The notes beneath the pieces are model-generated. The model had not been told where the DNA came from. It searched no databases and saw only the letters and a list, made by a program, of their open reading frames with translations. This document shows positions 45,205 through 64,000 of a stretch of 64,000 nt of DNA, piece by piece. Within the stretch, counting starts at the first letter, position 1. Each line of letters starts with the position of its first letter. Where the stretch lies: assembly GCF_009914755.1 (NCBI RefSeq), contig NC_060931.1; one strand, written 5' to 3'. This stretch comes from the human T2T-CHM13v2.0 reference genome, Homo sapiens. The translations under genes and the position numbers were made by a program.

Positions 45205-45770
45205 AAAAGGGCATTCTTTTACACTGTCAGTGATAGTATAAATCATTTCAAATTTTCTGGAAGTTAATTAAAAAATAATAACGCCTTAAAATTTTCCAAA
45301 CTCTCGACCCAGCAATTTATTTCTAGAAACTTATATTAAAAATGTAACAACATACGCTTGCAAATATTTAATTATACAACTGCTCACCACATGTTTTGTT
45401 AAAAAAAAAAACTAGTAACAACCAAAATACCTCCTAATAGGGCATTGGTTAAATAATATTAAGCTTTATAAGATAGTAGAATACTAAGAAGGTATAAAAA
45501 GATGTTCACATATAATTTTAAGTATAAAGCAGGTTAAAAAGCAGAATGAACAATGCTATCCCATTTTGGTAAAAAGAAGCAAACACACGCACACATATAT
45601 GAATGTGTGTGTGTATGTGTCTGTAAAAAATGACAGGAAAAAATTAGCTGTCTCTGGCTTGTGGAATTGTAAGTACTTTTTATATTTTTCTTTCTGCTCA
45701 CCTGTATTTTTCTAGATTTTCTACAATGAATGTTTGTTTATATTATGAGAAACAAAGAAAACATTTTTAT
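45205..45770 (+). mobile_element. Old L1ME-like 3' fragment
   Basis: GACCCAGCAATTTATTTCTAGAAAC, ACAACCAAAATACCTCCTAATAGGG and TTTTCTACAATGAATG. Confidence 0.65.
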
Positions 45771-45844
45771 TTGCTCAAGGCAATTATTTCCCAAATATTC
45801 TTGAGTATTCTATTTCATAGTTGGATCATTTCCATGTTTAAGAG

Positions 45845-46162
<318 letters not shown>

Positions 46163-46329
46163 GAAGTTTTTTTCTTAAGTCCACCCAACATTTATTTAGC
46201 ATTTATATAAGCCCATCCCTTTTCATTTGACTTTTGCTTTGTAGATCTTATTTTGTTTTTATTTGGTTGATATGGAAAATAACTGCTCATCACACTTATG
46301 CAATCCATTCTGTACTAGAGAAGATAGTA

Positions 46330-47170
46330 GTCAAGTCACCTGTTTTTCATTTTTCTCTCCAGGCCAGACTCCATTCCTTTCATCTGTCTTCGTGAATCTA
46401 TTTTCTATTCCTTTCATCTTTATTTGTTATTCACCTCTGAACGCTCTCTACTTCTTTATGTGGAATTTAAAATGCAGTGACCAAACTGAAGAAAATCATA
46501 GAAAAATATGACTTAGGCAAACTACAATGGAAGGAGTTGTCCTTAACCCTTAGCTATTGAAGAGCATGATATATTTTTTATCTTTTAAGTCATTGTCAAT
46601 CACGTATTTACCTTATGTTTATAAACAGGATTTCCCAGGATTTTCTATTTTATGGATACATTTTCATCTTACATTTTACTCCAATTTTTAATGTCTGCTG
46701 TTAGATTTTCATCCTAAATCTTTGATCACTTATGTGTTTCCCTTATGACATTAAATTACATCCCTTGGATGGGAAAATTTCTCAAAAATATCAATGTTAT
46801 TTTGAATTCAGCAGTGATGTTAAAAGCAATAGCAATCCTCCTGATTGAGAATTCTCTGCAGGTCTGATGAATGCATTCCTGATTCTGGGTTATGAATATT
46901 TAATACAAATATAGGGGTCTCAGGGTTGATTCCAATACACACTACATTATCTTCTCCTTCAGGTTATGTGTTTAATTCAACTATCTACCCACATTATACT
47001 AGGACAATAAACACCTTATTTCTGCCTTACTGATGAGACAAGGTTTGTGATACCATTAAAACCAGAATTCAAGATAACTTACTCAGGTTACTATCTCTTT
47101 GTTTTCACTGTGTTGCAATATTATAAAAACAAATATAATTGGTTCAGCTTGCTTTGTTCTTCATAGACTT
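46330..47170 (-). mobile_element. Possible L3/CR1 relic
   Basis: TTTTCTCTCCAGGC...CTCTGAACGCTCTC...AAAATGCAGTGACCAAACTGAA resembles antisense CR1 RT; very diverged. Confidence 0.4.
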
Positions 47171-47264
47171 GTGGTGGAAGCTTTTAGTTGGCTAATCATC
47201 AACAGTGGAACAGCTGGCCTGATGAAATTTTTTTAGCCTTCAAGGATGGCAAACTCACACTGCT

Positions 47265-47372
47265 TGTGTATACATATATGTGTACACATATATACTATAT
47301 ACATGCATATACTGTGTATACACATATACTGCTATGTATACACATATGTGTATATACATACTATGTATATGT
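47265..47372. repeat. Degenerate (TA/CA/TG)n alternating purine-pyrimidine tract
   Basis: TGTGTATACATATATGTGTACACATATATAC... Confidence 0.85.
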
Positions 47373-48304
47373 AGAAGTTAGCACATCAAAGCAGAACTCT
47401 TCATCATTTACAGTTGCGTCAGAGTGGCACTGGCTTCCAAAATCAGTATTCTGCTAGATAAGCTTTAAAGGAAATGTATATTACTTTTCTGTCCCATGGG
47501 ACATACATCATATAACCAGTGGAATTTTTGTCTTCTAACTCCATGATTATATTCAATGATGAACAGGGGTAAACATTTTACCTGGGCTGCATTTATTTTT
47601 AAAGCCGTCACATTCAAATGAGATATGGAAATGAAAAGCTTTCACATTGCTGATGCTGAAGAGCAAATTAGAAGCAAATGATAACTATAAAGTTCAACCT
47701 TGTGTTCTCCTGTATATGCCAAAAGGTAATGAGAATGAAGAGGATAAAAAGTTGAATCTGGTAAAGATGAAGACTGGTGAGCTGTCAGTGAGTTCCAGAC
47801 AAAAGAGGCATGATAACGCACTGGGTTTCATGGAGAAAATTGTCTGAGCATGGATGACTGAGTTGTTTTGTTTGATAGGAAAAAAAAAATTTAAACTCTT
47901 TGGGAATATTGCAATCAGTTAATTATCATATGTAGAAAACATATTTATATGTCGAAAAAAGATAAGCACAAAGTGATGAATGAATGACTATAGTAGAAGA
48001 ATCCAATTGAGTATTCAAATATGAATAAATGCAATTAATGGAATTAGTCACTGTTCCAATTACCAAAGCATGTTATTGTAATATAAAAGCTAATCTCTTT
48101 CAAGTAGATTAATGAGAAGTATTTAAAAAGTTACTCTTCTCCATTTTCCAAGGTCATAGGTATAGATCAGAAGTTATACATAGAAAGGACGTCTTGTATA
48201 TATCTTTCCCTCCACAGACAGTAAACCTAAAATGGACTTAATTACACATAATACATAGGCATTTCTTTGAAAATGAATGTAATGAACTCACTGGAGTAGC
48301 ATGA

Positions 48305-48502
<198 letters not shown>

Positions 48503-48579
48503 TGAAAACTGATTTTATAAGGAAATCCCCGCCCCCGCTGCCCCCACCCAACCCCACCGCCGCAATACCTCAAAGTATA

Positions 48580-48870
48580 CTAAGCACATTCCATCCCATT
48601 TGTTATTCCATCGCTGAACTCCTACTCATTCTTCAGGACTCAGCTTAGATACACCTTCTCTGGGAAGCCTTGCCTGAGCCCTCAAGGCTCCCAAGTGTTC
48701 CCATGACATTGCTGTGCATATCATGTTCTCTGCCACTTATCCCAGGATATGTTCACTTATTTGTCTCTGCCACTAGATTGTGGTCAAGTCCTGAGGCTGT
48801 GTTATACTCTCACCTTTGTATACCCAGCACCTACTGTGGTGCCTGACACTAATTAGTGCTCATTAGATAC
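48580..48870 (+). mobile_element. L2 3' fragment
   Basis: AACTCCTACTCATTCTTCAGGACTCAGCT...CTCTGGGAAGCCTT...GTGCCTGACAC. Confidence 0.75.
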
Positions 48871-49290
48871 ATGTAATCTCACTTGAGCCTCAGTGCAACA
48901 CTAACAGATATAGATCAGGATTAAACTCCCTATTTAGTAATGAAGAAAATGAGGCTCTTGGATCTTCTGTGATTTGTACAAGGTCATACAGACAGTGAAA
49001 TAGCTGTGATTCAAACATTTGGTCATGGAACGCAAGGAAGGTAAAATTTTACCAGGAGTATCCAAGCAATTCCAAATGCAGCAGATATTTGGATTTAATT
49101 TAAAGAAAAGGGTATGGGAGTAACTAGTGATCTTTGAAAGCAGTCTCAGCAAAAGACTGAGGAATAGAAGTACAAATCCAGGAGATTTAGAAAAAACAAA
49201 TTGTGATTAAAGGGAAGTAATATAAGTAGCTGACTAATTCACAAAGTATTCTATTGGAGACCACAGATATGTGGACAGTCTCTAAGATAG

Positions 49291-50924
<1,634 letters not shown>

Positions 50925-53091
50925 ACATTAGGAAAATTTATGCATACATTAGAAAAAAGGAGACATCTCAAATCAATAAATCTAAGCTTCCATCTCCAGA
51001 ATCTAGAAAAAGCAGAGCAAAATAAACCCAAAGCAAGCAGAAGGAAAGAAATAATAAAGGTAAGAGCATAACTCAATGAAATTTAAAACAGAAGAAAAAA
51101 AGAGAAAACCAAAGAGCTGTGTTTTTTTTAAAGATCGATAAAATTGACAAACCTCTAGAAAGATGACAAAAGTAGAGAGGAGAAACAAATCAATATCAAC
51201 AATGAAATAGGTATATCAACACAAGCCCTGCAGACATTGAAAGATTAAGAGTATACAATGAACAACTCTATATGATAAATTCGACAAATTAGACAAAATG
51301 AACCAATTTCTGAACAAACACAAATGACCACAACTCAAGCAATATGAATTAGATAATTTTAATGTCCTATAACTATATAGGAACCTAAATTCATAATTTA
51401 AAAACTCCCCTGTATAAGAAATTGTTAGGCCTAAATTGTTTCACTAGAGAATTCTACCAGAAGATAGAAGAGGAGGGAACGCTTCCTGATTTATTTTATA
51501 AACCTAGTATCATCCTGATACCAAAACCAAAGACAGTACAAAAAAGAAAGGAAGAAAGGAAAAAAAAAAAGGAAAGAAAGACAGAAACTATGGACCAACA
51601 CTTCTCATGAATATCAACTCAAAAGTCCTAAACAAAATATTGACAAACAGAATTGAACGATATGTATAAAGAATTACACACCTAGTGGGACTTATTCCAA
51701 GGATGCAAAGCTAGTTTAATATTTTAAAATTAACCAATATAATCCACCATATTCACAGGCTAAAGAAGAAAAATCACATGATTGTATCAATAGCTATAGA
51801 AAAAGCATTTGATAAAAGTCAACACCCATTCATGGTCTAAAAAAAAAATCAGCAAAAAATGTTAGAGTGAAACTTTCTCAACGTGATAAAAAACAGATGC
51901 AAAATCCTTACAGCTAGTATTATACATAATGGTAAAAAATTAAATGCTTTGCCTGTAAAACCAAGAGCAAGGCAAGGATGTCTACTCTCACCACCCTTAT
52001 TCAACATAGTGCCAGAAGCTGTAACTGGTACAATAAGGCAAAATAAAATAAAATAAAATAAAAGACATACAGATACAAAGAAAAAGTAAAAACTTTCCCT
52101 ATTTTTAGAGGATGTGACGATCTATGTAGAAAGTCCCAAGGAATCTACAAAAATACTCCTAGAACTAACATAAGGTCTACAAGTTCACAAGATATAATAT
52201 AAACATATAAAAATCAATTGTATTTTACATATTAACAATCAACATGGGATATCAAAGTTAAAGTGCAGTACTATTTATAATGACTAAATAGAATAAAAAA
52301 TATGAGATACTTTGGGGTCCTAAAACATGTACAGGACTTGCATGCTGAAAACCAAATAATGCTGATGAGTGAAATCTCAAAACTGAATACATGAAGAGAC
52401 ATACCATCTTCATGGGTTGGAAGACTCACTATAGTAGAGTTATTCTTTCCCAAATTGATTATAGGTTTAGCACAATTTCTATCAAAATCTCAGCAAGACT
52501 TTCTGTAGATACAGAAAATATTATTCTAAAATTTATATTGAAAGGCAAAGAAACTGGAGTAGCTAAAACAACTTTGAAAAAGAAGAATAGAATGGGTAGA
52601 ATCCATATATTCAATCTCAAGAATTATTTTCTAGCTAAAGTAATCAAGACTGTGGTATTGGTGGAGGGACAGACACACAGATCAATGGAACAAAATAGAG
52701 AACCCCAAATAGACAAGGTTGCAAAAGTATTTTAACGGATGGGCTTTTCAACAAATGGTACTGGAGCAACTGGACATTCCTAGGCATAAAAATGAATCTT
52801 GACCTAAGTCTGACACTTAATACAAAAATTTACTCAACATGGATTGCAGAGTTAAATATAAAACTGTAAAACCTTTAGAATAAAATCATAGTGAAAATTC
52901 TTTGTAATCTAGGGCTAGGCAAAGAGTTCCTAGACTTGACATAAAAAACACAGTGCATAAAATGAAACACTGACAAGTTGAATTTCATCAAAATTTAAAA
53001 CTCTTGCTCTGTGAAAGACCCTGTTGAGAGAATTAAAGTATAAGCTACCAAGTGGGAGAATGTATTTGCAAACTACGTATTTGAAAAAGGA

Positions 53092-53366
53092 ACAGAAAAC
53101 CAAATACCACATGTTCTCACTTATAAGTGGGAGCTAAATAATGAGAATACATGGACACATAGAGCAGAACAATAAACACCGGGGCCTATCAGAGAGTGGA
53201 GGGTGGGAGGAGGAAGAGGATCAGGAAAAATAACTATTGGGTACTAGGCTTAATACCTGGGTGATGAAATAATCTGTACAACAAACCCCCATGACACAAG
53301 TTTATCTTTATAACAAACCTGCACTTGTACTCCTGAACTTAAAATAAAAGTTAAAAAAGAAAGAAA
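53092..53366 (+). mobile_element. L1PA13-16-like 3' fragment nested in L1MC
   Basis: Typical 3'UTR; 9-bp TSD GAAAAAGGA at 53083-53091 and 53367-53375. Confidence 0.9.
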
Positions 53367-53977
53367 GAAAAAGGACTAGTATCTAGAATATATAAAGAAC
53401 TCTCAAAACCCAACAGTAAAAATACAGACAAACCAATTAGAAAATGGACAAAAGACATTTCACTGAGGAAGATATACAAATGGCAGATAAGCACAGGAGA
53501 AAATGTTCAATGTCATAAGCTGTTAGTGATATGCAAGCTAAAACCACAATGACGTATCACTAGACACCTATCGGAATAACTAAAATAAAAAATAGTGGCA
53601 CAACAAATTCTGGCAAGCAGGTGGAGAAACTTAATCACTCATACATACATTGGTGGTGGGAATGTAAAATGGTACAGCCACTCTGGAAAACAGTTTGGCA
53701 ATTTCCTAAAACACTGAAACATGCAATTACTATAGGATCCAGCACTTGCACTCCTGGACATTTTTCCCAGAGAAATGAAGACTTGTGTTTACCCCAAAAC
53801 CTCTACGTAAGTATTCATGGCAGCTTCATTCATAATAACCAATAATTGGAAGCAACCCAGATGTCTTTCAGTGGGTGAATGGTTAAAGCAAACTGAGGTA
53901 CATCCATACCATGGAATACTGCTTATTAGTTTGAAGGAGCAAATTGTTGATACATGCAGTGACCTGGATGAAACTAT

Positions 53978-54124
53978 GCATAAAAGACTATGCATTGGTT
54001 ACAGTGTACATTGCTTGGGTGATGGGTGCACCAAAATCTCAGAAATCACCACTAAAGATCTTATTCATGTAACCAGACACCACTTGTTCCCCAAAAACCT
54101 GTTGAAATAAAAAGAAAATTAAAA
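53978..54124 (+). mobile_element. L1PB 3' end fragment
   Basis: GGGTGATGGGTGCACCAAAATCTCAGAAATCACCACTAAAG...TGTTCCCCAAAAACC. Confidence 0.88.
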
Positions 54125-54182
54125 TTTTCCATTTAGAATCACTCAGTGTTAAATAAATTGAGATTCTAAGTATGTCCTCTGA

Positions 54183-54547
<365 letters not shown>

Positions 54548-54750
54548 CCAACAGTGATTTCTTTATAGAGTATTTTAAACAAGGGTAGGTATTTAGGGGT
54601 CATGTAATCGTTTATCAGATATTTTTTTGTGTTACTACCATGGGTCAGACATCTCCAAGCACTGGCGATTCACACCATAAACTCATGCGCTGCCTTCAGA
54701 GAGCTTTTCATCTAGCAGGCTCTATGTTGCTGTGATTAAAGTGGGACACA

Positions 54751-55061
<311 letters not shown>

Positions 55062-55985
55062 AAAGTAGGACACAGGAAAAGGCAGCTAGCCAGCTGACCT
55101 GAGTATCACAGAAGGCTTACCAGTGAGATGATGCTTGAGTTATATCTTGGAGGATGAGCAGTTATTCTCTTTTAAATTGGCGATGAGGCAGCTCTTTTCT
55201 CTGTCAGTCCAGCTCTTGGCTGGTTAAACAGCTCTTGGCCCTTCCTTAAGCTTCCTTTAGAAACCCTAGGTATAATTTGACATCTATGGATATAGTTCTC
55301 TTTCAGTGACCTATGGAAGACACAAAACTTGTTTCCTCTAACTTGATTCCCACAAGATGATAAAAATAAAATATGTATTAAAATAAAAACCATCTAGAGG
55401 CTATGTGCCAAGCTGACCTTCATCCACTTTTAATTTGTTTTCTTACTCAGAAAACTTTATTTTTCAATGTATATTACAGTTATAAGAAGATTGAAATACC
55501 CAGATTACTGGAAAGTAGACCAGCAGTTCTCAGCTGGTAGGTAGGATGGTAGGGGTGGGGTGAGAACAAGTGGAGTGTAACTTCAGCCCATATGACTTAC
55601 TTGTGCAGAAAGGTTCCTAAAGAAAATGTGTGGTACATGTTCCAGTGCTGGGAAAAATGGTTGATAACTCCCAGCATGGAAGGTGACCTATTGTGGAATC
55701 TGTGAATTTGTACATTATTAAATTAACTACAGCCAGAAGAGAGAACGTGAGGGAGAAACAGAAACAGGGAATTTCACTTTTTATTTTGGAACTGTCCCTG
55801 GTGTTCCTGTGGTTTTAATTCCAATCCAGCTGTGTATGAAGAAGTTATAACATAGGGGAGATCCCCATTACATGGTCAGTCCTAATGCATCAAGCGGAGG
55901 CAATAATTAAAGACGGAGAATGACAAATTCAAATACAATTTCTCTCTCCCCTCCTAGTATTCACCCTCCTCCTGTTTTCCCAGAA

Positions 55986-56153
55986 CAGCAGTTCTCCATT
56001 TTGGCTGTACATCAGGGGAGCTTTAAAAAAATACCAATATCTGGATCCCATCCCCAAGAATTCTGATTAAAGTGATCTTGGGTATCTGCTGGGCAACAGC
56101 GTTTTTAAAGGTCTTCAAGTGATTGCAAAGTACAGCCAAGGTTGAGAACCACT
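55986..56153. mobile_element. MER5-family hAT-Charlie element
   Basis: CAGCAGTTCTC...CAGCCAAGGTTGAGAACCACTG termini. Confidence 0.8.
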
Positions 56154-56379
56154 GGTTAAACAGAGGTGCACAGCCTGTTTGAATCTCATTTGTGGGTACA
56201 CTTATGTTTGTTTCAAATAGAAACTGACAGGACAGGGTCAAGGTCAAGGTGTGTGTGTGGATCGTGTCACTGTGGCTGTAGTGATGAGGTTAAGTACATA
56301 ATGGTTTTAAGGTAGAGGATTTATTAATAAATGAAATTGATTAACATTTTTGGTTATTAGCTCTCTTAACATTTCCTGC

Positions 56380-56810
56380 CTCCCTGGCCGTTTTTCAGCT
56401 CCTGAAACACATTCCATGTTTTCTCCAGCCACAGAGCTTTTCAGCATATGCCATTCTCTGATACAGATTCAAGAAGCTCTCTCTCTCTTTCTTTGTCTCT
56501 CTCTCCACCCAGCCCCCATTCTTCTCTCCCTATTTTGCCTAATAAATCTTCTACTTCATCAGATCTCATTCAGCCTTCACTTTTTCAGAGAAGTCAGCCT
56601 CTTAGGCTACCATGAACTTCTCCTTCCCAGTACTTACCACAGTTATAATTTTATCATTATCTCATTAGTATCTATCTCTCCCACTGGACTATAAACTCCA
56701 CGAGGGAAGAAATCTCATCTGTTATTGCTCACAATTTTAGCCACAGTCACCAGCCCATTGCCTGACATATTGTAGGTGCTCAATAAATAATTTGTTGCCT
56801 GAATGAACCA
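56380..56810 (+). mobile_element. L2 3' fragment
   Basis: GACTATAAACTCCACGAGGG...TAGGTGCTCAATAAATAATTTGTTG. Confidence 0.8.
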
Positions 56811-56959
56811 GCCAGTCTGTTTAGAAACATGATGGGAGCAGGGGTCAGCAGAGCTAGAAGATATAAAAAGCAGTTGGCTGGGAATGGTTCAGCTGAAAAC
56901 TGGTTAATCTGACCTTGGCAGGTCACAAGTCTCAGGGAGCTGGAAACTGGTGTGAACTA

Positions 56960-57127
56960 GGGATGGTTCTCAAACCTGATTGCAAATTAGAGCTGCTTGG
57001 GAAACTGTAAATACAATGTCTGGGACTCAACCAAGATGTCCCCATTTAACTGGTTTGAGGTGAGATTCATATATCGGGCATTTTTAAATTCTCTAGGGTG
57101 ATTGAATATGCAAAGTTAAGAACCAGG
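56960..57127. mobile_element. MER5-family element
   Basis: TGGTTCTCAAACCTG...TCTAGGGTGATT...TTAAGAACCA. Confidence 0.65.
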
Positions 57128-58154
57128 AGACTGAGCTTAATGATATCTAAAATCTGACACAATTATATATATTGTAGGATCTTATGAAGCAACCCACCTT
57201 CTTTTGAAACTACCCTTCTTTTCTGTTAGAATAATCTGCACTCAATGGAAGCCCAGCCCATGATAACTTGGGAACAAACACAAAGTCAAAGATATTTGCA
57301 ACCCACTACATTAATTTTGTCCTACTTCTTTCACTTTTAACAGTAGCATTGTTTGCCTGCCGTTTCTCCCCAGATGTGGCCTGCTGGCATCCTATGAAGT
57401 GAAATTGTGAGATGGTGCTATGTGAGATATGGTTAAATTGGGAATTAATAAAAATTTACTCTTTTGATTTTTAACTTTCTCATTTTCAAAATAGCAGTTT
57501 AAAAACACATCTTTCCATCCAAATGCCCAGGGGGATTAATCTGCATTAAAGATTAATTCCCTGAGATGTTTCACTCTTTAACAGTCTCCTGGTTCCATGT
57601 TTAATATTCTGCACTAAAAATAAAATCTTGTGCCAAATTTCATTTGTTGTCACTTTTTAGCTATAATTGACTCTAAGATCTAAAAGAACTCATCAGATTT
57701 CATGACTTTTATGCACAACAGAGCAGTGCCCCTGTTCAAAGAACTAAGATCACAAGATGCAAATAAGGAGAGCGTATGTTACCCAAGCATGTGGGAAGAA
57801 GCTCTAGCAGTGAAAAGCCAGCGTTACCTCCTCCAGTTCCTCCAAGTTGTATTATTTTTTGCTGTTATTCATGGGGTTGTGACATAAACCTCAGTTGATT
57901 AATAGAATGACTGGAATTAAAAAGGAATTGTGCTTCGAAGTAGTGTGTTCCATTCCAACTAGAAGAGTTTATTGGCATAAGTAACAAAAGCAATACGAAA
58001 AGGAGGAAATTTTTCCACCCCTTTGCAGCCTTTGAGATTAAGTACACTTTCAGAGTTGGGTCTGTAGGTAGGGTGTGTAAGAGTTGCCTGTGGAAAATAC
58101 TGAGGCAATTTAAGTTGTTAGGTTGCAAGATCATTGTTCAAGGATGAAGAGTTC

Positions 58155-58698
58155 TTCTAGGAAGTTCCAAACTTTCCCACATTTTCCTTTCTTCTTCTGA
58201 GCCCTCAAAACTGTTCCAACCTCTTCCTGTTACCCAGTTCCAAAGTCGCTTCCACATGTTCAGATATCTTTACAACAGCACCCCACTCTACTCTACTGGT
58301 TCCAATTTACTGTTATTAGTCTGTTCTCATGCTACTAATAAAGACATACCCAAGACTGGGTAATTTATAAAGGAAAAAGGTTTAGTTGACTCACAGTTCA
58401 GCATTTCCTGAGGCTGAGGAGGCCTCAGGAAACTTACAATCATGGCAGAAGGGGAAACAAACACATCCTTCTTTACATGGTGGCATCAAGGAGAAGTACA
58501 GAGCGAAGCGGGGTGGGGAAAGTGCCTAGCAAAACCATCAGATTTTGTGAGAACTCACTCACTATCACAGGAATAGCATGGAGGAAACCACCCTTATGAT
58601 TCAGTTATCTCCCACTGGATCCCTCTCACAACACGTGGGGATTATGGGAAGTACAATTCAAGATGTGATTTGGGTAGGGACACAGCCAAACCATATCA
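58155..58698 (-). mobile_element. Truncated THE1C: 5'LTR (58311-58698) plus about 155 bp of internal sequence
   Basis: Colinear with 7588-8105 of the full provirus (CTAGGAAGTTCCAAACTTT...AATTTAC|TG..TATTAGTC...CCATATCA). Confidence 0.92.
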
Positions 58699-58839
58699 AC
58701 AAATTTCCATTTTTTAAGATCTTCTAAAGGAGAGCACAAATCATTAAAATTAATTTTAATAATTATTAGCATTACATGTAATTAATTTTATTTGCCAAAA
58801 TTAATTAATTTGATTGGTTGATTTAATTAATTAATTGAA

Positions 58840-59604
58840 ATCAACATGACTGATCATTAGGGAAATGTGAATCAAAACCACAGTGAGATATCCTCTCACA
58901 CTAGTCAGAATGGCAATGATTAAAAAGTAAAAAAATAACAGATGCTGGCGAGGTTGCAGAGAAAAAGGAATGCTTATACACTGTTGGTGGGAGTGTAAAT
59001 TAGTTCAACCATTATGGAAGACAGTGTGATGATTCCACAGAGACCTAAAAACAGAACTACCATTAGACCCAATAATCCCATTACTGAATATATACCCAAA
59101 GGAATATAAATCATTCTATCTTAAAGACACATGCACGTGTATATTCATTGCAGTGCTATTTGAAATAGCAAAGACATGGAATCAACCTGAATGCCCATCG
59201 ATGGTAGACTGTATAAGTAAAATATGATACATATACACCATGGAATACTATGCAGTCATAAAAAATGAGATCATGTCCTTTGTGGGAATATGGATGGAGC
59301 CGGAGGTCAATATCCTTAGCGGACTAATGCAGGAACAAAAGATTAAATGCCACATGTTCTCACTTATAAGTGGGAGTTAAATGACAAGAACACATTGACA
59401 CATAGAGAGGAACAACCCACAGTGGGGCCTATCGGAGGGTGGAGGGTGGGAGGAGGGAGAAGATCAGCAAAAATACCTAATGGATACTAGGCTTAATACC
59501 TGGGTGATGAAATAATCTGTACAACAAACCCCCATGACACAAGTTTACCTATGCAACAAACCTGCACATGTACCCCAAACTTCAAAGTTAAATTTTTAAA
59601 AAAA
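58840..59604 (+). mobile_element. L1PA13-16-like 3' fragment
   Basis: Degenerate ORF2 C-terminus plus 3'UTR (CTGGGTGATGAAATAATCTGTACAACAAACCCCCATGACAC). Confidence 0.92.
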
Positions 59605-59799
59605 TTGTTAACCTTAAAAATAATTAATTAAATTTACTTTCCAAAACATGAAAATTATTTTATTGAATTAGGTGATGTATTAATTTTATTAATATGTTAT
59701 ATTATTAATTATATCAATATATTATTTAATACAAATGTTAAATCAATCATCCTGTGATTTTTAACATATGACTCAAATTATTCAAATAATTGATTGGCC

Positions 59800-60113
<314 letters not shown>

Positions 60114-60160
60114 TAACACAATTTCATGTACTTATTTTTGTGAGCAACACTCTTGTTACA

Positions 60161-60321
60161 GGGTGGGGACCTGGGGGAGGGATAACATTAGGAGAAATAC
60201 CTAATGTAGGTGATGGGTTGATGGGTGCAGCAAGCCACCATGGCACGTGTATACCTATGTAACAAAACTGCACATTCTGCACATGTACCCCAGAACTTAA
60301 AGTATAATAATTCAAAAAAAA
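60161..60321 (+). mobile_element. L1PA8-like 3'UTR stub
   Basis: TTAGGAGAAATACCTAATGTAGGTGATGGGTTGATGGGTGCAGC...CCCAGAACTTAAAGTATAAT. Confidence 0.9.
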
Positions 60322-60828
60322 CCAAAAGTCAAATTGATGCTGATCCCAATGTCATCCTAGGAATAAGTAGTATTAGTCTAGGCTTACATGAATTAGATCA
60401 ACAATAGGAATAACAACAAACCACTAGTAACACTAAACCACTTTGATAATTTATCAAAATTTATAATTTATACTGTTTGTTTTGATCATTTGTATACTAC
60501 TAACAGTAAGTTTATATTACTACTAATAATTATAATTCAGAAGAAAAATTTTAAACTTTTTGCAGCCTTATTGCAACAGAATACTTTTTAAATTTCCAAT
60601 TTATATTTTTGTTTGCTTTAGAGAAGTATGATAGAATAATCAATTAAAAGTTTTCCAGGGTAAAAATATATTAAGTTTGAATAATAATAGCAGAAATAGA
60701 AGAAGAAAAGGAATGGTATAAAATCTTTGACTAAGAGGTTGTACCTTGTTTTTTAAATAAATGATAATGGATGTCCAATCTCTATGGTGTTTAAATTCTA
60801 CTACTGGACACATTTAAAAGTGCAATGC

Positions 60829-61225
<397 letters not shown>

Positions 61226-62168
61226 TTAATCTGAAAAATGTGAAAGGGGTACATATTTTTTCAAAAAGTATTTTGGGGAGATACATGAGGAAAATACACA
61301 CATTTTTGCTTGTCTTAGAGCTTTCTCTTCTCTTCTCTTCCAGCAAAACTCTCCATCTTCTGTTCCCTCAGGATCGTCACTGTTCCCTCTCAATCTGACA
61401 TACTAAAGCTCATTTCAGTGTGGGTGACTGTCAATCACTTACTCTTCCCAAAAGACATCTGTGCTGTACAAAGATTTCCTGGAAATAACAACATAAGCTG
61501 AAAAATGGTGTTAGAGTGGGATTTTCAGCTAGGATTGGGGCCTTTGAGGGAAGCAGGGAGGTTTCAGAACTCATGCTGAGTGCACTGAGATTTGCTAGGC
61601 CTGCTCTGGCTGAAGGTGATACAGGACTGTGAGGAGAGCCTAGAAAGAGGGAAAGCATTGGGAACTTTTGGATCAAATAGAATTTTGGTCAAATTCATGT
61701 TTAAGGAAATTAAACTTTATGTGTTGCTTTTTAAACTTAAATGATGACATTCCTGACAGTGCCAGCTCCAGCATTTTGATAGATGTACATCCACACCCAA
61801 AATAAGATAGAAACCAGTTTAGGGAGGGAGAAGAAGGGAAACTGGCACCTTTAAAAAGAAGCTGATCATTTGCATTTGGTGGTTTGTTTGCTTAATTCAT
61901 TTGTATTTACTCCTCCAGCTGATCTCTTGTGTGAAGAAAACATTTTTATTCTTTTTCCCATTATAAAAAATCTGCTGAACAGGACCAGGTCATGGCGTTA
62001 ATGACTGTTTTGACTATTAACACTGTGGTACCTGGGAGCCATAGATTATAATTGATGCAGGGAAACAAGCCAGCTGTGTACAAACACATCTGTGTGCTTC
62101 TAGGGAAGCAACTGTAGATGCCATATTGGGGGTTGGTCAGGAATACCATGTTTACAAATGAAGAATTA

Positions 62169-64000
<1,832 letters not shown>

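Noticed and set aside
57828-57910. Minus-strand AG...GT exon-like segment (similar plus-strand ones near 30854-30938 and 32077-32211)
   Set aside because: Stops occur in all three frames at 57828-57910 and 32077-32211, and the splice signals are only moderate, so they cannot be told from background pseudo-exons

Overview
This is AT-rich, CpG-poor primate genomic DNA, almost certainly human because it carries an AluYa5 with all its diagnostic bases. It looks intronic or intergenic and is dominated by transposable-element fossils: L1s of several ages (young L1PA2-4 to old L1M), 17 Alus, THE1C/MSTD/MLT1A/LTR16/LTR33 LTRs, L2, MIR and DNA-transposon relics (MER6, MER45A, MER33, MER5). I find no intact protein-coding gene, RNA gene or CpG island. 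All long ORFs are L1 ORF2 remnants or Alu/LTR-derived noise. The best non-repeat signal is a possible 64-nt plus-strand exon at 42377-42440. The most notable structures are a twin-priming 5'-inverted young L1 (62290 to the window end), a 5'-truncated AluYa5, a full THE1C provirus plus a solo LTR nested in one L1, a four-layer nested L1 stack and an old local MIR duplication. I cannot support a previously undescribed biological system from this sequence. Subfamily names come from remembered consensus features, not from a search, and boundaries of old elements are approximate.
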